DNA from: an uncultured virus (IMG/VR IMGVR_UViG_3300031951_000030)
Taxonomy: Duplodnaviria > Heunggongvirae > Uroviricota > Caudoviricetes
IMG/VR virus record: IMGVR_UViG_3300031951_000030
DNA length: 20,000 nucleotides
Direction: 5' to 3' (one strand)
Part shown: piece after piece, positions 17,632-20,000 of the stretch
Layout: every line of letters begins with the position of its first letter
Numbering within the stretch: the stretch's first letter is position 1
The notes under the pieces: generated by a model
Databases searched by the model: none
What the model was told of the DNA's origin: nothing
Seen by the model: the letters and a program-made list of their open reading frames with translations, nothing else
Position numbers and translations under genes: made by a program

Positions 17632-17841
17632 TTATTTATTTTTAAGTCCGTATTTTATAAATTTATACCATATTCTTTCATGTAGAAAGTATTGTATGGG
17701 TTTGTACACTAATTCAACCACTCCGAAAGCAGCACCTATTTTAATAGAACCACTTATCCACCACATTATTAAGAATCCAATTAAAGTACTTACAATGCGG
17801 TATGAGATGGTTTTAGCTATGTGTCTTTTTACCTGTGGCAT
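17632..17841 (-). CDS. DUF2061-like small membrane protein
   Basis: 'RHIAKTISYRIVST...ISGSIKIG...E...K...YFLHERIW' matches the DUF2061 pattern. Confidence 0.85.
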   Translation of the reverse strand: MPQVKRHIAKTISYRIVSTLIGFLIMWWISGSIKIGAAFGVVELVYKPIQYFLHERIWYKFIKYGLKNK

Positions 17842-18178
17842 CTATTTCTCCATTTCTGATTGCAGTTCCACTAATTTCGGCTATATTTGTGGGTGGTTCG
17901 TGATAAATTACATCATACCCTACTCCTCTACCATAATTTACTGATTCAATATCAGGAATAATTGATATATGAATTTTATCCCAATTATCAATAAAAAAAG
18001 ATTCTTTAGTTAAATCTATCATAACCTGTTGAGCAGTTTTTGGATTATTCTCATCTGTTGGAACATCTCTAATTGCTAACCAAACATTTTTACCCTTTTC
18101 TAATTGTTGATTGATTAACCACTCATGTCCTTTGTGCCAATTCTGCCATCTTCCGATGTATAGTGCGTATTTTTTCAT
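17813..18178 (-). CDS. Minimal HxGH-family (cytidylyl/adenylyltransferase-like) nucleotidyltransferase
   Basis: N-terminal GRWQNWHKGH (cf. GRFQPFHxGH of NadM-type NMN adenylyltransferases) and C-terminal ISGTAIR motif. Confidence 0.85.
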   Translation of the reverse strand: MKKYALYIGRWQNWHKGHEWLINQQLEKGKNVWLAIRDVPTDENNPKTAQQVMIDLTKESFFIDNWDKIHISIIPDIESVNYGRGVGYDVIYHEPPTNIAEISGTAIRNGEIDATGKKTHS

Positions 18179-19074
18179 AACATTATTTTTATAAAAGGTA
18201 AAATTGCTAATTCTTTTCCTTTTGCTTCAACCATAATGTCCAAATCCAACTCGTATGTATTGGGGAGGGCATTAATAAGATAGGAATGTGCTTGCGGTTT
18301 TTCTTTTGGGTTGTTTTCATGTAATGCCTTCGATTCTGAATAATGAACTTCTTGCGTAATACCTTTTGGCCAAGTAGTTGCTGCTAATTTAAGAGCTTCT
18401 TCTTCCGTTAATCCACCTGTACAAAATTGGTGGTGGTGATAATCGAAAACAATAGGAATACCAGTATGTTCGTGGATATACATCAAATCTTTAACAGAGT
18501 ACATAGATGCTTTATCATCATTCTCCAATGTCAATCGTTTTTGTACGCTTGGTGAGAGTCTTTTGAAGTTTTGTATCAATCTATCCATTGCAGACTTTTT
18601 ATCTCCGTAGACACCATTACAATGGATATTTATATTGTTGTAATGTGTTTTTGATAACCCCATCATATCAAAAATCTTACCATGTAGTTCCAAATCGGCA
18701 AAAGTCTTTTGAATAACTTCTTCGTTTGGAGATGGTAATACATTAAATGGACCTGGATGTGAATTAATACGGATATTATGAAATTTAGCAAAATCACCTG
18801 CTTTTTTAAGCTCTGATTTGATTTCTTTGTAATCCTTTAATTGAGTAATGTCGAAATTATCACCCCACGGAATGATAGTAGATGAAAGACGGAAGAACTT
18901 AATACCATTCATCCTATTCCACTCTAAAATCTTAATAACATCCTTTGCATTGAGTAATGCAAGTTCGGAAACGTAATCTAAACCTTTTTGATTGAAGGTT
19001 TTTTTGACCATTGTACGATTAGTGGTAATTTTCTTACCTACGGTCATATTAATACATGCATATCCTATATTCAT
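18175..19074 (-). CDS. uvsE: UV DNA damage repair endonuclease (UVDE/UvsE family)
   Basis: IGYACIN, FFRLSS, HPGPFNVL.SP, INIH, RLTLENDD, IPIVFDYHHH, VHYSE, AHS and DIMVEAK.KE are UvsE motifs. Confidence 0.95.
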   Translation of the reverse strand: MNIGYACINMTVGKKITTNRTMVKKTFNQKGLDYVSELALLNAKDVIKILEWNRMNGIKFFRLSSTIIPWGDNFDITQLKDYKEIKSELKKAGDFAKFHNIRINSHPGPFNVLPSPNEEVIQKTFADLELHGKIFDMMGLSKTHYNNINIHCNGVYGDKKSAMDRLIQNFKRLSPSVQKRLTLENDDKASMYSVKDLMYIHEHTGIPIVFDYHHHQFCTGGLTEEEALKLAATTWPKGITQEVHYSESKALHENNPKEKPQAHSYLINALPNTYELDLDIMVEAKGKELAILPFIKIML

Positions 19075-19078
19075 ATGT

Positions 19079-19110
19079 TAAATATAAGAAAATTATTTCG
19101 TATTTACAAG
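19079..19110 (-). promoter_or_regulatory. Candidate Bacteroidota-type housekeeping-sigma promoter (CTTG-N20-TATATTTA)
   Basis: One mismatch in each box relative to the Bacteroidota consensus TTTG-N19-21-TAnnTTTG, with a 20-nt spacer; lies in the only gap upstream of uvsE. Confidence 0.5.
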
Positions 19111-19113
19111 CGT

Positions 19114-20000
19114 TTAGTAAATTTTGATGTTTTCATCCTCTGTGCGGAATCTAGCTAAATCTCTAACATTCCCTTTTTTAGTATTTAACCAATAATTTAC
19201 CGCTTTTGGATTATTTATCCACAATTTACGATTATTCCATGGAAATTCTGGATGCATATACTCTTCCCATTTTAAATTCGGTAATTCTTCTTCTTCTTTA
19301 GGGGGATTTTCTACTATATCTTCATTTACCGTTGGTTTATCTTCCAATCCGTCGTTCAAAATTACATCCCAATCATCATACAGACCATCTTTCTCATCTG
19401 CTTGTATGATTTCTTTAAGAAGTTCTCTTTGTTTTTCTTTATCACCGTATACTTCGTATTCTTTTTCTTTTTTATCAGAAATTAATCCGTTAAATGCGAT
19501 AATTAGAGCAACTGCGAGTGGGTCAAAGACAATTACAATCAAAAATATGAAGAATTTTACTACATTTTTCAATTCTATATCAAATGCCTCTGCTACAAAT
19601 CGAAATCCACCCACTTCTTTCTCTAAATCTAGGTTAGTAACCTTAATTTCGTTAATTTTTTCGGTTTCGGCTGCATTTTCTTCTTGTAAAATTGAAATTT
19701 TATCATTAATTTTACTGATTTCTTTATCTCTAGCATCAATTGAACGCAGTAAACGAGAATTTACCGTACCTCCATCGATAATTTTACCTTGATTAGTATT
19801 AAATTCACTAATTTGAGTAGAAAGTTGAGTGATTTGAGCAGTGTTTTGGTCAATTTTAGTTTGATGAACTTCAATTTCTCTATCTACCTGTTGTAACTGA
19901 AGAGATTGTGCCTGAAAAGCATTAGAAAGGTATCCGAAAATACCTGCAGAGGTGATTAACATAAGAACTCCTACTGAAAGTGTAAGATACCATTTGTTAA
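19114..20000 (-). CDS. Membrane protein with large coiled-coil loop, N-terminus beyond the window
   Basis: The frame stays open to the window edge (NKWYLTLSVGVL-MLITSAGIFGYLS), so the ATG at 19962 is probably internal to a TM helix. A coiled coil, a second TM (FFIFLIVIVFDPLAVALIIAF) and an acidic tail follow. Confidence 0.75.
   Translation of the reverse strand, partial: NKWYLTLSVGVLMLITSAGIFGYLSNAFQAQSLQLQQVDREIEVHQTKIDQNTAQITQLSTQISEFNTNQGKIIDGGTVNSRLLRSIDARDKEISKINDKISILQEENAAETEKINEIKVTNLDLEKEVGGFRFVAEAFDIELKNVVKFFIFLIVIVFDPLAVALIIAFNGLISDKKEKEYEVYGDKEKQRELLKEIIQADEKDGLYDDWDVILNDGLEDKPTVNEDIVENPPKEEEELPNLKWEEYMHPEFPWNNRKLWINNPKAVNYWLNTKKGNVRDLARFRTEDENIKIY

Noticed and set aside
31..19792. 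All plus-strand ORFs in the track (e.g. 31-261, 5149-5424, 5875-6276, 13193-13525, 19406-19792)
   Set aside because: Short, antisense to long well-supported minus-strand genes, with Ser/Ile/Phe-rich shadow composition and no recognisable motifs.
19960..19962. ATG at 19962 as the true start of the last gene
   Set aside because: The frame is open to the window edge and this Met lies within a hydrophobic helix, so the gene most likely starts outside the window.
63..20000. Stop-codon reassignment (TAG or TGA recoding), seen in some large phages
   Set aside because: Genes are full length and tile the window under the standard code. TGA ends uvsE and TAG ends gp25 (followed by an in-frame TAA); no fragmented genes are seen.
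1..20000. CRISPR array, tRNA, intron, intein or IS element
   Set aside because: No gap exceeds about 60 nt, no periodic repeats were seen, and no homing-endonuclease, transposase or intein splice motifs were recognised in the proteins.

Overview
AT-rich, densely coding window with every credible gene on the minus strand. It reads as part of a large tailed-phage genome with a contractile-tail (myovirus-type) baseplate, probably infecting a Bacteroidota host. The host call is inferred from the lack of Shine-Dalgarno motifs and a Bacteroidota-like -33/-7 promoter. In transcription order (right to left): a partial membrane/coiled-coil protein; a tightly coupled accessory operon (UV-damage endonuclease UvsE, minimal HxGH nucleotidyltransferase, DUF2061-like membrane protein, peptide deformylase with a Cys-less SEC-C-like tail, small membrane protein, phage sigma-factor-like protein, NodU/CmcH-type carbamoyltransferase); and a structural block (gp5-like spike, gp25, gp6/J-like wedge, DNRLRE-like protein, coiled-coil protein, 1658-aa wedge/LamG protein) running into a gene that starts at position 13. 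The best non-coding signal is a motif, ATAHTTATW followed by an AAAGAAYAA-like tract. It lies 17-22 nt upstream of the start codon in all four sizeable gaps of the structural block and is a candidate late promoter for the encoded sigma factor. All calls come from reading motifs by eye; no searches were run.
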